This document shows positions 28,793 through 39,253 of a DNA stretch of 64,000 nt, one piece after another. Under the pieces are notes generated by a model. That model saw only the letters and a program-made list of their open reading frames with translations. It ran no database searches and was not told where the DNA came from. The DNA comes from Betaproteobacteria bacterium. Its GTDB lineage: Bacteria; Pseudomonadota; Gammaproteobacteria; Burkholderiales; SG8-41. A program made the translations under genes and the position numbers. The stretch is from contig JAQGNH010000043.1 in NCBI GenBank assembly GCA_028291945.1, forward strand, positions 6,522-70,521. Reading direction: 5' to 3'. Every line of letters begins with the position of its first letter. Position 1 is the stretch's first letter.

Positions 28793-29128
28793 ATGACGAT
28801 ACATCTGACAGAGAGTGCAGCGAGACAGATCCAGGCGCAGCTCGAGAAACGCGGCCGCGGACTGGGTTTACGCGTGGGCGTAAAGAAGGTCGGCTGCTCC
28901 GGTTTTGCATATACCTATGATTACGCCGACGAGGTCCGTGCCGAAGACCAGCTGTTCGAGTCATTCGGGACGAAATTGGTCGTTGACGCAAAGAGTCTCG
29001 ATTTCCTGAAAGGCTCTACGCTCGATTACGTTAGAGAAGGGCTGAAGCAAGCATTCAAGTTCCAGAACCCGAACGTGGACGCGATGTGCGGCTGCGGGGA
29101 GAGCTTCAGCGTCAAGGACAAGGCCTAA
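28793..29128 (+). CDS. sufA: A-type Fe-S cluster carrier (HesB/IscA/SufA family)
   Basis: 111 aa. It contains VKKVGCSGF and the C-terminal CGCGESF. Confidence 0.8.
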   Translation: MTIHLTESAARQIQAQLEKRGRGLGLRVGVKKVGCSGFAYTYDYADEVRAEDQLFESFGTKLVVDAKSLDFLKGSTLDYVREGLKQAFKFQNPNVDAMCGCGESFSVKDKA

Positions 29129-29165
29129 CCCATTGGTGCAAGCTTTTTGAAGTCAGGTTGAAACG

Positions 29166-30595
<1,430 letters not shown>

Positions 30596-30599
<4 letters not shown>

Positions 30600-31411
30600 A
30601 GAACGAAAAAGGACCAGAGCTGCTCGACGTGCGCGCGCTGACCGCGAAGGTCGCGGGTGTCCCGATACTCAAGGGCATCGACCTCCCGGTGCGCGCGGGC
30701 GAGATCCACGCGATCATGGGCCCGAACGGCTCGGGCAAAAGTACGTTCGCCAAAGTGCTTGCCGGTCATCCGGCATATGAGGTGACGGGTGGCACGGTGC
30801 GTTTTCAGGGTCATGATCTCCTCACGATGGAGCCGGAGGATCGTGCGCGCGCAGGGATCTTCCTGGGTTTTCAATATCCCGTCGAAATTCCGGGTGTCAG
30901 CAACAGCGCTTTTCTGCGTCTCGCATACAACACGGTTCAAGGCGCACGCGGCAAGGACGAGCTCGATCCCCTCGAGTTCGACGATTTCATCCGCGAGAAA
31001 ATGAAGCTCCTCGACATCGATCCTGCTTTTCTCGACCGCAGCGTGAACGAAGGGTTTTCCGGCGGTGAGAAGAAGCGCAACGAGATTCTTCAGCTGGCGG
31101 TTCTCGAGCCGAAGCTCGCAATACTGGACGAAACCGATTCGGGCCTCGACATCGATGCGCTGCGCGTGGTCGCAGGCGGCGTGAACAGCATGCTGAAACC
31201 CGATAACGCATTCGTCCTGGTGACGCACTATCAGCGGCTTCTGAACTACATCATCCCCGACTACGTGCACGTCATGGAAGGCGGCCGCATCATCAAGACG
31301 GGCGGAAAAGAGCTTGCGCTGGAGCTCGAAAGCCGCGGTTACGACTGGGTCGTCGACGAGTATCGCGCGGGCGAGCAGGAGAAAGGATACGTCGGCGCGA
31401 GCGCGGCGTAG
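30596..31411 (+). CDS. sufC: Fe-S cluster assembly ATPase SufC
   Basis: GPNGSGKST is the Walker A motif and [13 protein letters not shown] the ABC signature. It overlaps the sufB stop. Confidence 0.95.
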
Positions 31412-31421
31412 AGATCGCACC

Positions 31422-32726
31422 ATGACAACCGCCGTTCATCCTTACGTAGACGCGCTGCTGACCGGCACGCGTGATCTCCCGACTAGCCCTCACGGGTGGC
31501 TCAACGAACGCCGTGGACTTGCGCTCGAGCGCGCGAACGCTCTGAGCGTTCCGACGACGCGTGACGAAGAGTGGCGCTTCACCGATCTGACGCAGCTCAC
31601 GCGGCTTCAATTGCGTGCGCCGGGCGCACCCGCTGAGATTGCACCTGAAGCGGTCCTTCCGTACATTGTTCCCGAAGCCGGTTCGAGGATCGTCTTCGTC
31701 GACGGTGTGTTCGTCCCTCAGTTGTCCAGCACGGCCTCTGCCGTGTCGGGCGTGCGCGTCGCTCCGCTCGCAACGGCTTTGAAGACCGATGCCGGACGCC
31801 TGGAACCTCATCTCGCACGTCTTGCGGGATTCGAGCAGAACGTGTTCGTTGCGCTGAATACAGCGCATTTGCGCGATGGCGCCGTCGTCGTTATTTCGAA
31901 AGGCCAGATCTGCGAGAAACCGGTGCACATCCTCCATATCGCCACTCAGGCCGGTACGGCGGCTTATCCGCGCTGCGTCGTGATCGCCGAAGCGGGTGCC
32001 GAGTGCACGGTGGTCGAGGAATACCAAGCGATGTCAGAGGATGCTTATCTGACGAATGCCGTCACCGAGATCGCCGTCGCTGCGAGAGCCCGCGTGCGTC
32101 ATATCAAGCTGCAGTGCGAAAACGCCCGCGCGTTTCATATCGCGAGCTGCGCAGTCGTGGTCGCCAAGGACGCGTCGTATACCTCGCATACCGTGAGCCT
32201 GGGCGCGCGCCTGTCGCGTTACGACCTGAGTGTTGCGCTCAACGGAGAAGGCGCGTTCGCACAGATGGATGGTCTTGCGCTGATTTCAGGACGTCAGCTT
32301 GCGGATACGCACACCCTTATCGACCACACGCAGCCGAACGGCCGCAGCGCTCAGCTGCACAAGACGATCGTCGGAGGTGCTGCCCACGCGGTCTTCAACG
32401 GCAAGATTTTCGTCCGCCCCGGCGCCCAGCTCACCGATTCCTCGCAGCAAAGCCGCAACCTGCTGCTGTCGGATAAAGCAACCGTCGATACCAAACCGCA
32501 GCTCGAGATTTTCGCGGACGATGTGAAGTGCGCGCATGGCGCGACGGTCGGTCAGCTCGACGCGGAACAGCTTTTCTACCTGAGAAGCCGGGGACTTACG
32601 GAGACGGTGGCGCGCAACCTTTTGACGTACGCCTTTGGCGCCTCCGTGATCGAGCGCATTCCGGTGCGCTCGATAGTCGAGCGTCTGGAGCGGGCAGTTA
32701 TGGCGCAGACCGGCGCGGCAGCTTAG
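31422..32726 (+). CDS. sufD: Fe-S cluster assembly protein SufD
   Basis: The ATG at 31422 gives MTTAVHPYV. The C-terminus CAHGATVGQLDAEQLFYLRSRGL is typical of SufD. Confidence 0.9.
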   Translation: MTTAVHPYVDALLTGTRDLPTSPHGWLNERRGLALERANALSVPTTRDEEWRFTDLTQLTRLQLRAPGAPAEIAPEAVLPYIVPEAGSRIVFVDGVFVPQLSSTASAVSGVRVAPLATALKTDAGRLEPHLARLAGFEQNVFVALNTAHLRDGAVVVISKGQICEKPVHILHIATQAGTAAYPRCVVIAEAGAECTVVEEYQAMSEDAYLTNAVTEIAVAARARVRHIKLQCENARAFHIASCAVVVAKDASYTSHTVSLGARLSRYDLSVALNGEGAFAQMDGLALISGRQLADTHTLIDHTQPNGRSAQLHKTIVGGAAHAVFNGKIFVRPGAQLTDSSQQSRNLLLSDKATVDTKPQLEIFADDVKCAHGATVGQLDAEQLFYLRSRGLTETVARNLLTYAFGASVIERIPVRSIVERLERAVMAQTGAAA

Positions 32727-32736
32727 AGAGATTCCG

Positions 32737-33993
32737 ATGACAGCAATCCACAATGCAGTGCTCGAGCGTCCCGGCGCTCTCGACGTCGAACGTGTGCGCG
32801 CCGATTTTCCGATTCTGAAGCTGAAGGTGAACCAGAAGCCGCTCGTGTTCCTCGACAATGCGGCGTCCAGCCAGATGCCACAGCCCGTGATCGATCGGCT
32901 CGTGAAGTATCAGACAAGCGAGCACGCGAACATACACCGTGCAGTCCACTATTTGTCGGAGAAAGCGACTTCGGAGTACGAGGCCGCACGCCGCAAGGCG
33001 CAGCGCTTCATCAACGCGCCCGACGAGCACGCAGTGATTTTCACAAGCGGAACGACCGAGGGCATCAATCTCGTCGCACACGGGTATGGCCGCAAGTTCA
33101 TCGGCGCGGGGGACGAGATCATCCTCACCACGCTCGAGCACCATTCGAACATCGTGCCATGGCAGATGCTGGCGGAAGAGAAGGGTGCGAGGATCCGCGT
33201 CGTGCCTATCAATGACCGCGGCGAGCTCGATGTCGCCGAGTACAAGCGGCTCTTCAACGCGCATACGAAATTCGTCGGTGTCGGGCACGTGTCCAACGCT
33301 CTGGGGACGATCAATCCGGTGAAGGAATTGATTGCGATCGCGCACGAGCACGATGTGCCCGTATTGGTCGACGGCGCACAAGCCGCGCCCCACACCAGGG
33401 TCGACGTGCAGGACCTCGATTGCGACTTCTATGCGTTTTCAGGACATAAGGTCTGCGGACCGACGGGCATCGGGATCCTCTACGGCAAAGCTGCGCTGCT
33501 GGAGAAGATGCAGCCTTTCAAAGGCGGCGGTGACATGATTCTTTCGGTCACGTTCGAGAAGACCACCTACAACACGATCCCGCACAAGTTCGAAGCGGGC
33601 ACGCCGCCGATTGCAGCCGCCATTGGAATGGGCGCAGCCCTGGACTATCTGAGCGGGATCGGCATGGACACCATTGCCGCGCACGAGACGGATCTACTCG
33701 ACTACGCGACGGACCAGGTCAATCGCATGCCGGGCGTGAGGATCATCGGGACCGCTGAACAGAAAGCGGCAGTCGTGTCGTTTGTAGTGCAAGGGGTTCA
33801 TCCGCACGATGTGGGCACCTTGCTCAATGAAGAAGGCGTTGCTATCCGGACGGGCCACCATTGCGCACAGCCTGTCATGCAGCGCTTCAAAGTGCCCGCA
33901 ACGTGCCGCGCTTCATTTGCGTTCTACAACACCATGTCCGAAGTCGATGCGCTGGTGGCGGCGATACGCAAAGTGCAGAAGGTATTTGGGTAG
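32737..33993 (+). CDS. sufS: Class II cysteine desulfurase SufS
   Basis: FLDNAASSQ, FSGHKVCGPTGIG and RTGHHCAQP. Confidence 0.9.
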   Translation: MTAIHNAVLERPGALDVERVRADFPILKLKVNQKPLVFLDNAASSQMPQPVIDRLVKYQTSEHANIHRAVHYLSEKATSEYEAARRKAQRFINAPDEHAVIFTSGTTEGINLVAHGYGRKFIGAGDEIILTTLEHHSNIVPWQMLAEEKGARIRVVPINDRGELDVAEYKRLFNAHTKFVGVGHVSNALGTINPVKELIAIAHEHDVPVLVDGAQAAPHTRVDVQDLDCDFYAFSGHKVCGPTGIGILYGKAALLEKMQPFKGGGDMILSVTFEKTTYNTIPHKFEAGTPPIAAAIGMGAALDYLSGIGMDTIAAHETDLLDYATDQVNRMPGVRIIGTAEQKAAVVSFVVQGVHPHDVGTLLNEEGVAIRTGHHCAQPVMQRFKVPATCRASFAFYNTMSEVDALVAAIRKVQKVFG

Positions 33994-34004
33994 ACGGATT
34001 TTAA

Positions 34005-34499
34005 ATGGCCGATACCAAACAGCTCTATCAGGAAGTAATCCTCGACCACAACCGCAAGCCGCGAAACTGGGGCACGCTGCCTGATGCCACGCATCAGGCC
34101 GAGGGCGTGAACCCGCTGTGTGGCGACCGGCTGCAGCTCGCGGTCAAGTTGAGCGACGACGCGGTGGAAGGTATCGCGTTCGAAGGTGAATCGTGCGCGA
34201 TCTGCAAAGCGTCGGCGTCGATGATGACCACTGCGGTCAAGGGCAAAGCTCGGTCCGACGCGGAACGGCTAATCCAGGAATTTCGCGATATGGCTACGGG
34301 CAAGCTCGATACCGGAAAAGAGCCACACCATCTTGGGCGGTTGACCGTCTTTGCGGGTGTGCGCGATCTACCCACGCGAGTGAAATGCGCCATCCTGCCG
34401 TGGCACACCCTGCACGCCGCATTCAATTCCATGCGGACGACATCGACGGAAGCCGATGCTGATCCGATGCACGAGCAAACGCCTGGCGGCGCTGCGTGA
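34005..34499 (+). CDS. sufU: SufU-type (NifU-like, Zn-dependent) sulfur transfer protein
   Basis: LYQEVILDHNRKPRN...NPLCGD...GESCAICKAS...RVKCA. Confidence 0.85.
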   Translation: MADTKQLYQEVILDHNRKPRNWGTLPDATHQAEGVNPLCGDRLQLAVKLSDDAVEGIAFEGESCAICKASASMMTTAVKGKARSDAERLIQEFRDMATGKLDTGKEPHHLGRLTVFAGVRDLPTRVKCAILPWHTLHAAFNSMRTTSTEADADPMHEQTPGGAA

Positions 34500-34511
34500 T
34501 GGATTTCTGAC

Positions 34512-35072
34512 ATGCCAAAAATCGCCGAAATAGAACCGACGCCGAATCCGAACGCGATGAAGTTCGTCCTCAAGGAGCCGCTGACCTGGGGCATTACGCG
34601 CTCGTACGATAACGCGGGCGAGGCTCAGAACGATCCGCTCGCGGCTGCGCTTTTCGACATCGAGCACGTCACCAACGTCTTCTATGTCGACCACTGGATC
34701 ACGGTCACACAGGATGGCCAGGCCGACTGGGCGGAGCTCAAGCGCAAGCTGGCGGTGCCGATACGCGAAGCGCCGGCAGCGGACGATCAGTCCGCAGAAC
34801 TCGCGGCTCAGGCTGCTCCGGTCCTCGAGCAGATGAGCGAAGTCGACCGCGGGCGGCTGGACAAGATCAACGAAATTCTAGATGAGCAGGTGCGCCCGTA
34901 CCTGCAGGGCGACGGCGGCGATCTGTACGTCCTCGGCCTGAGCGACAAGACGCTCACTGTGCATTACCAGGGCGCGTGTGGAAGCTGCCCGAGCTCGATA
35001 TCAGGAACGCTCGCGGGCATCGAAAGTCTGGTGCGACAGATCGAGCCCGATATCGAGGTCATTGCGGTTTGA
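34512..35072 (+). CDS. Nfu-type Fe-S scaffold/carrier (Nfu_N plus NifU C-terminal domain)
   Basis: N-terminus IEPTPNPNAMKFVL. C-terminus GDGGDLYVLG...GACGSCPSS. Confidence 0.8.
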   Translation: MPKIAEIEPTPNPNAMKFVLKEPLTWGITRSYDNAGEAQNDPLAAALFDIEHVTNVFYVDHWITVTQDGQADWAELKRKLAVPIREAPAADDQSAELAAQAAPVLEQMSEVDRGRLDKINEILDEQVRPYLQGDGGDLYVLGLSDKTLTVHYQGACGSCPSSISGTLAGIESLVRQIEPDIEVIAV

Positions 35073-35389
35073 CGGGCTGGGTCACCGCGGCCCGGGCCGA
35101 CGAGCTCGCGCCGGGCCAATGGCGCGTCGTCGATGTAGACGGCACGCAAATCGTCGTGTTCAACCTCGATGGAGAGTATTGCGCCATCGAGGACGTCTGC
35201 ACGCACGACGGTGGTCAGCTCACCGGCGGCCATGTGGAAGGCGACGAGATCGTGTGCCCGCGCCATGGCGCCCGCTTCTGCATACGCACCGGTGAAGCGC
35301 TGACCGCACCCGCATACGAAGCGACGTCCAAGTTCCCGGTGCGCGTGGAAAACGGCGAGGTGCAAGTCCGCGACGATCGTTGGGATTGA
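35069..35389 (+). CDS. Rieske [2Fe-2S] ferredoxin-like protein
   Basis: CTHDGG...CPRHGARF is the Rieske motif. The probable TTG start at 35069 overlaps the upstream stop codon. Confidence 0.7.
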   Translation: MTGWVTAARADELAPGQWRVVDVDGTQIVVFNLDGEYCAIEDVCTHDGGQLTGGHVEGDEIVCPRHGARFCIRTGEALTAPAYEATSKFPVRVENGEVQVRDDRWD

Positions 35390-35405
35390 AGACCAAAAGC
35401 CTCAT

Positions 35406-35665
35406 CGCCAAGGACGCAAAGGAGAAACGAAGGACGCCAATCAGCACGCCAAGAATCTCCGTTTTGCGTGACCATGAGACAATTCACTGCTGGTCGAATG
35501 CGCCAAACGCTGGTGTATGTGCCAGCTTGATACGCACCAGCAGTAGTGTAGGCACCATGTTGTCCATGGCTCATCGCATAGGCGAATGATCGATACGGTT
35601 TGAGCCGCTGCTCACGAGAGAACGCCTTGGCGAGCTCGCTTCGTCCTTGGCGTCCCTTCTTTTCC
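35406..35665. repeat. Inverted-repeat spacer element (GGACGCCAAGG-type arms)
   Basis: Left arm cgccaaggacgcaaaggagaaacgaaggacgccaa (35406-40). Right arm cgccttggcgagctcgcttcgtccttggcgtcccttcttttcc (35623-65). Confidence 0.7.
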
Positions 35666-35694
35666 GCTTCTCGCTTTTACGGGTTGCCGCTTGA

Positions 35695-36759
35695 ATGGAC
35701 ACGCTGACTCATGGCCTTCTCGGCGCGCTGCTCGGGCGCGTCACGGCGCCGCGCAAGTCTCCGCAAAGTGCAGAGAGTCTTCCCGTCGGCCGCCGGATGC
35801 TCGTCGGCTTCCTCGCAGCGGCATTCCCCGACATCGATTTCATCTCGTCATACGTGTCGCCGCTGTCCTATCTTTACCATCACCGGGGTATTACGCATTC
35901 GCTGATCCTGCTGCCGATGTGGGCCGCGCTGCTGGCCGTCGTCTTTTCCCTGGTGTGGCGAAGCAAACCCCGATGGCCGGCGTATTTCGGCATTGCTGCG
36001 CTCGCGATCGGAAGCCATATCCTGACCGACTGGATCACGTCATTCGGTACTATGGTGTTTGCGCCGCTTTCAGACGCGCGCTACGGCATAGGCACGACGT
36101 TCATCATCGATCTGTGGTTTACCGGCATCATCCTGCTTGGACTGCTCGCTTCGCTCGTGTGGCGCGAGTCGCGGAGACCGGCGGCCGTGGGACTGACTGC
36201 GCTCGCAGCGTACGTGGGTTTCCAATGGCTGCTGCAGCAGCAGGCGATCGATTTCGGCGCGGCGTATGCTCGTTCAAACGGAATCTCGCCGGTGCATGTC
36301 AGTGCGGTGCCCCGGCCGGTATCGCCATTCAACTGGACCGTGGTGGTCCAGCATGATGATGCGTACAGGTACGCGCACATCAATCTGATCAGAACAAGAA
36401 CGCGGCCGGAACCCAATGCAGCGACCGGTTTCATAGCGCGGCTCAATGCCCCTTACAGGCCGCTCGGGGATGCTGCCTGGGCACGCGCAAGCCTAAATGG
36501 CAGTGATACAGCCTCGAGCGCGCTCGTGCACGAAGCATACGCGCAGCCGGGGTTCAGATTTTTTCGCTGGTTCGCTGCGTATCCTGCGTTGTTGCGCATC
36601 GACGCCGGAAACCCCGAGCAGTGCGTTTGGTTCCGCGATCTTCGCTTCGAGACTCCGGGCCGCGACGGCACACCTTTTCTTTACGGCATGTGCCGCGAAG
36701 GCGACAGACCGTGGCAGCCATTCCAGTTGCTGGGTGAGCAGCGGCGGCCCGTCTATTAA
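35695..36759 (+). CDS. Membrane-bound metal-dependent hydrolase (YdjM/DUF457-like)
   Basis: MDTLTHGLLGALLG, several TM segments, and HRGITHS. Confidence 0.7.
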   Translation: MDTLTHGLLGALLGRVTAPRKSPQSAESLPVGRRMLVGFLAAAFPDIDFISSYVSPLSYLYHHRGITHSLILLPMWAALLAVVFSLVWRSKPRWPAYFGIAALAIGSHILTDWITSFGTMVFAPLSDARYGIGTTFIIDLWFTGIILLGLLASLVWRESRRPAAVGLTALAAYVGFQWLLQQQAIDFGAAYARSNGISPVHVSAVPRPVSPFNWTVVVQHDDAYRYAHINLIRTRTRPEPNAATGFIARLNAPYRPLGDAAWARASLNGSDTASSALVHEAYAQPGFRFFRWFAAYPALLRIDAGNPEQCVWFRDLRFETPGRDGTPFLYGMCREGDRPWQPFQLLGEQRRPVY

Positions 36760-36768
36760 ACGGCAGCT

Positions 36769-37599
36769 TCAATTAAACAGATTGAGCACGCCGCCCAAGT
36801 CGACGTAGTTGATTGCGTGCGTCGTTTGTCCGCGCACTATGGGCTTCGCGTGATACGCGATGCTGACGCCACATTCGCCCATGAACTTCAGATCGTTGGC
36901 ACCGTCTCCGATGCCGATGATCTGCTCGCGCCCGAGCCCCAGTTGGTCACGTACCTCGATGAGCGCGTTCCGCTTGCCCTCTGCATTCACGATTTCGCCC
37001 ACAATATTTCCCGTGAGCTTATCTCCTGCGAGCTCGAGGCAGTTCGATCGGGTGTAGTCCAGTTGTAGCCGCTTTTTGAGACGGTCCGTGACGTAGGTAA
37101 AGCCGCCGGACACGAGTAGCGTTTTCATTCCGAGCTTGCGCGCAGCCGCCAGCAGCTTGTCCGCGCCTGGCGTAAGCTCTACGCGCTCGTCGTAAACGCG
37201 CTGCAACGCGTCCTCGCCGAGACCTCGGAGGACTGCGACGCGCCTCCGCAGACTGTCGTCATATTCGATCTCGCCGCGCATTGCAGCCTCTGTGATTGCC
37301 GCGACTTCCTTTTTGAGCCCGACCAGATCGGCGAGCTCGTCGATGGTCTCGATCGTGATGAGCGTGGAATCCATGTCCATGACGAGCAGCCGGAAATCGG
37401 CGAGATGCCGCCCCTCGGGCACGAACGCGTAATCGAGCTTCGCCTGTTCGCACAGCGGGATAATGTCTGGATGCGGGTGCGCGCCGTTTAACCTGAAAGC
37501 CTCTGATGTGAGCTTTGTGATTTCGCGCGCGCTGGCAAGCTTTGCGATACGCTTCAGGTCGCCGGTTTCGACATCGTTACCTTGGATGACCAGGTCCAT
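36769..37599 (-). CDS. serB: Phosphoserine phosphatase SerB
   Basis: The HAD motifs DMDSTLI, SGGF and GDGANDL are present. Confidence 0.9.
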   Translation of the reverse strand: MDLVIQGNDVETGDLKRIAKLASAREITKLTSEAFRLNGAHPHPDIIPLCEQAKLDYAFVPEGRHLADFRLLVMDMDSTLITIETIDELADLVGLKKEVAAITEAAMRGEIEYDDSLRRRVAVLRGLGEDALQRVYDERVELTPGADKLLAAARKLGMKTLLVSGGFTYVTDRLKKRLQLDYTRSNCLELAGDKLTGNIVGEIVNAEGKRNALIEVRDQLGLGREQIIGIGDGANDLKFMGECGVSIAYHAKPIVRGQTTHAINYVDLGGVLNLFN

Positions 37600-37730
37600 A
37601 TGTTGATAGGACGCAGCAAAAGCGAGCGATTATAACGGCAGACATCAGCGGGGTATCGTGCCCTCGCAGGCACAGTTCCTGCGGGACCGCGGGCACGGCA
37701 TTTGCGCCTTAATTCTTCAGGAGGCTCGCT

Positions 37731-38174
37731 ATGGCAAGCACATTGTTAGGCGGACGAGGCAAGGACCGCGAAACGCAGAAAGGGCACGGCACGAGCTCGC
37801 TCGGGCCGAGCGATACCAGTGACAGTGCGAGCGACATCACCGGTGCGCCGGGCGTTATTGAAGGAGATGTGATCGGACTCGACCACGGCACTTACGAAGA
37901 TATCGATGGAAGCCCCACCAGGACCGCCGGTGCGGACATCGGTGACGTGGATCTGGACAGTGACTCCGATTCGGTGGGCACGGGCGAGCACATGACGGCC
38001 GGCCGTGAGCCGGTCGGGCGCGAAAACCGCGACGTTCGGCCGGATCACATCGAGCGCATCCCGGGCGCGGGCGGAGGAGAGGCCCTTTTGGACGCAGACG
38101 AGGAAGAGACCGATTTGGACGGGGACGTGGACGAGGAGGAGGAAGAGTCCGACACGGGCACAGACCGCGACTGA
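37731..38174 (+). CDS. Acidic hypothetical protein
   Basis: 147 aa. GHGTSSLGPSDTSDSASD, then a D/E-rich tail (DEEETDLDGDVDEEEEESD). No domain recognised. Confidence 0.45.
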   Translation: MASTLLGGRGKDRETQKGHGTSSLGPSDTSDSASDITGAPGVIEGDVIGLDHGTYEDIDGSPTRTAGADIGDVDLDSDSDSVGTGEHMTAGREPVGRENRDVRPDHIERIPGAGGGEALLDADEEETDLDGDVDEEEEESDTGTDRD

Positions 38175-38192
38175 CCCGCGGTCACGACCCGG

Positions 38193-38498
38193 ATGTATCT
38201 CGTTCAGTTGCTTTTACCTTTATACGACAGTGCCGGCCGTCCCGTCGCCCACGAACGGTTCGCTCAGGTTCGCGACGAGCTTACCGAACGCTATGGGGGT
38301 GTTACCGCCTACCTGCGGTCCCCGGCGCAGGGCACCTGGAAAGTCGGTGAAGCGGTGGACCGCGACGAAGTCGTGATGTGCGAAGTGATGGTGGACAAGC
38401 TCGAACGCGACTGGTGGTCGGCATACCGCCGTGTGCTCGAGGAGCGGTTCGATCAGCAGGAGATGGTCGTGCGCGCGTCCGCGCTCGAACGGCTTTAA
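38193..38498 (+). CDS. Conserved hypothetical protein
   Basis: 101 aa with clean coding appearance. It lies 19 nt after the preceding gene. Confidence 0.5.
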   Translation: MYLVQLLLPLYDSAGRPVAHERFAQVRDELTERYGGVTAYLRSPAQGTWKVGEAVDRDEVVMCEVMVDKLERDWWSAYRRVLEERFDQQEMVVRASALERL

Positions 38499-38590
38499 CC
38501 CTGCAGGTCTAGCATGGCGCAACCCCGGCACAACAATTGCTAAACCGTCGGTGCAATCTGCATCGATCTTCAGAGGAGAGAAGCGTGAAT

Positions 38591-38992
38591 ATGAAACGTA
38601 GCGGTTATGTTTTGGCCTTGATGGGTGCTCTGCTGGCGTTGTCGGCCTGCGAGCGCAAAGAAACGACGACTGTCGTGCCGGGTGGAACCAGCACAGCCCC
38701 CAGCGGTTCGGCGAGCACGAGCTCAACTACCAGAGAGAAGGAAACTGTCGTTGTCCCCGGCGGCTCTTCGTCGTCCTCGACAAGTACAGCGCCCAGCTCG
38801 CCCGGTTCTTCGAGCTCGAGCAGTTCCAGCCCGAGCAGCCCAAGCCCGAGTGGTACCGGTGCTTCGTCATCCAGTGGTGGTGGAATGGGCGGATCCTCGT
38901 CCAGCGGCGGTACCTCATCCAGCGGCGGCATGAGTGGCGGATCTTCCGCTGCGAGCAGCCCCAGCGGAGCGGCGTCCTCGTCCAGCAAGTAG
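38591..38992 (+). CDS. Ser/Gly-rich low-complexity lipoprotein
   Basis: The ATG at 38591 follows GAGGAGAG. MKRSGYVLALMGALLALSAC is a lipobox, followed by SSSSSSSS/GGMGGSSSSGG low-complexity sequence. Confidence 0.6.
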   Translation: MKRSGYVLALMGALLALSACERKETTTVVPGGTSTAPSGSASTSSTTREKETVVVPGGSSSSSTSTAPSSPGSSSSSSSSPSSPSPSGTGASSSSGGGMGGSSSSGGTSSSGGMSGGSSAASSPSGAASSSSK

Positions 38993-39004
38993 TGACCATA
39001 CGCG

Positions 39005-39045
39005 GCAGCCGGCTTGCTTTTGCCGGCTGCGGCCGTTTGGTTTGC
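39005..39045 (+). terminator. Putative rho-independent terminator
   Basis: gcagccggc-ttgctttt-gccggctgc, followed by the T-rich stretch cgtttggtttg. Confidence 0.45.
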
Positions 39046-39253
39046 ATTGCTGTTCGCTGTGCCACGCACAGCGACGATCAGCTGCGTCGGCGCGCAAGTG
39101 GATCTCCGCTTTTTGATGTGGGCTAGGCGGGCGGAACGCAGATAACCATTCAGCGTGCGCACCGGCACCTTCCCCACTGTTCGTCCTGCGTGGTGATCTC
39201 GGCGTTCGATCTGCACGAGCGTGCCCGCCCCGATCTTCATGCGTTTCCCGTAC

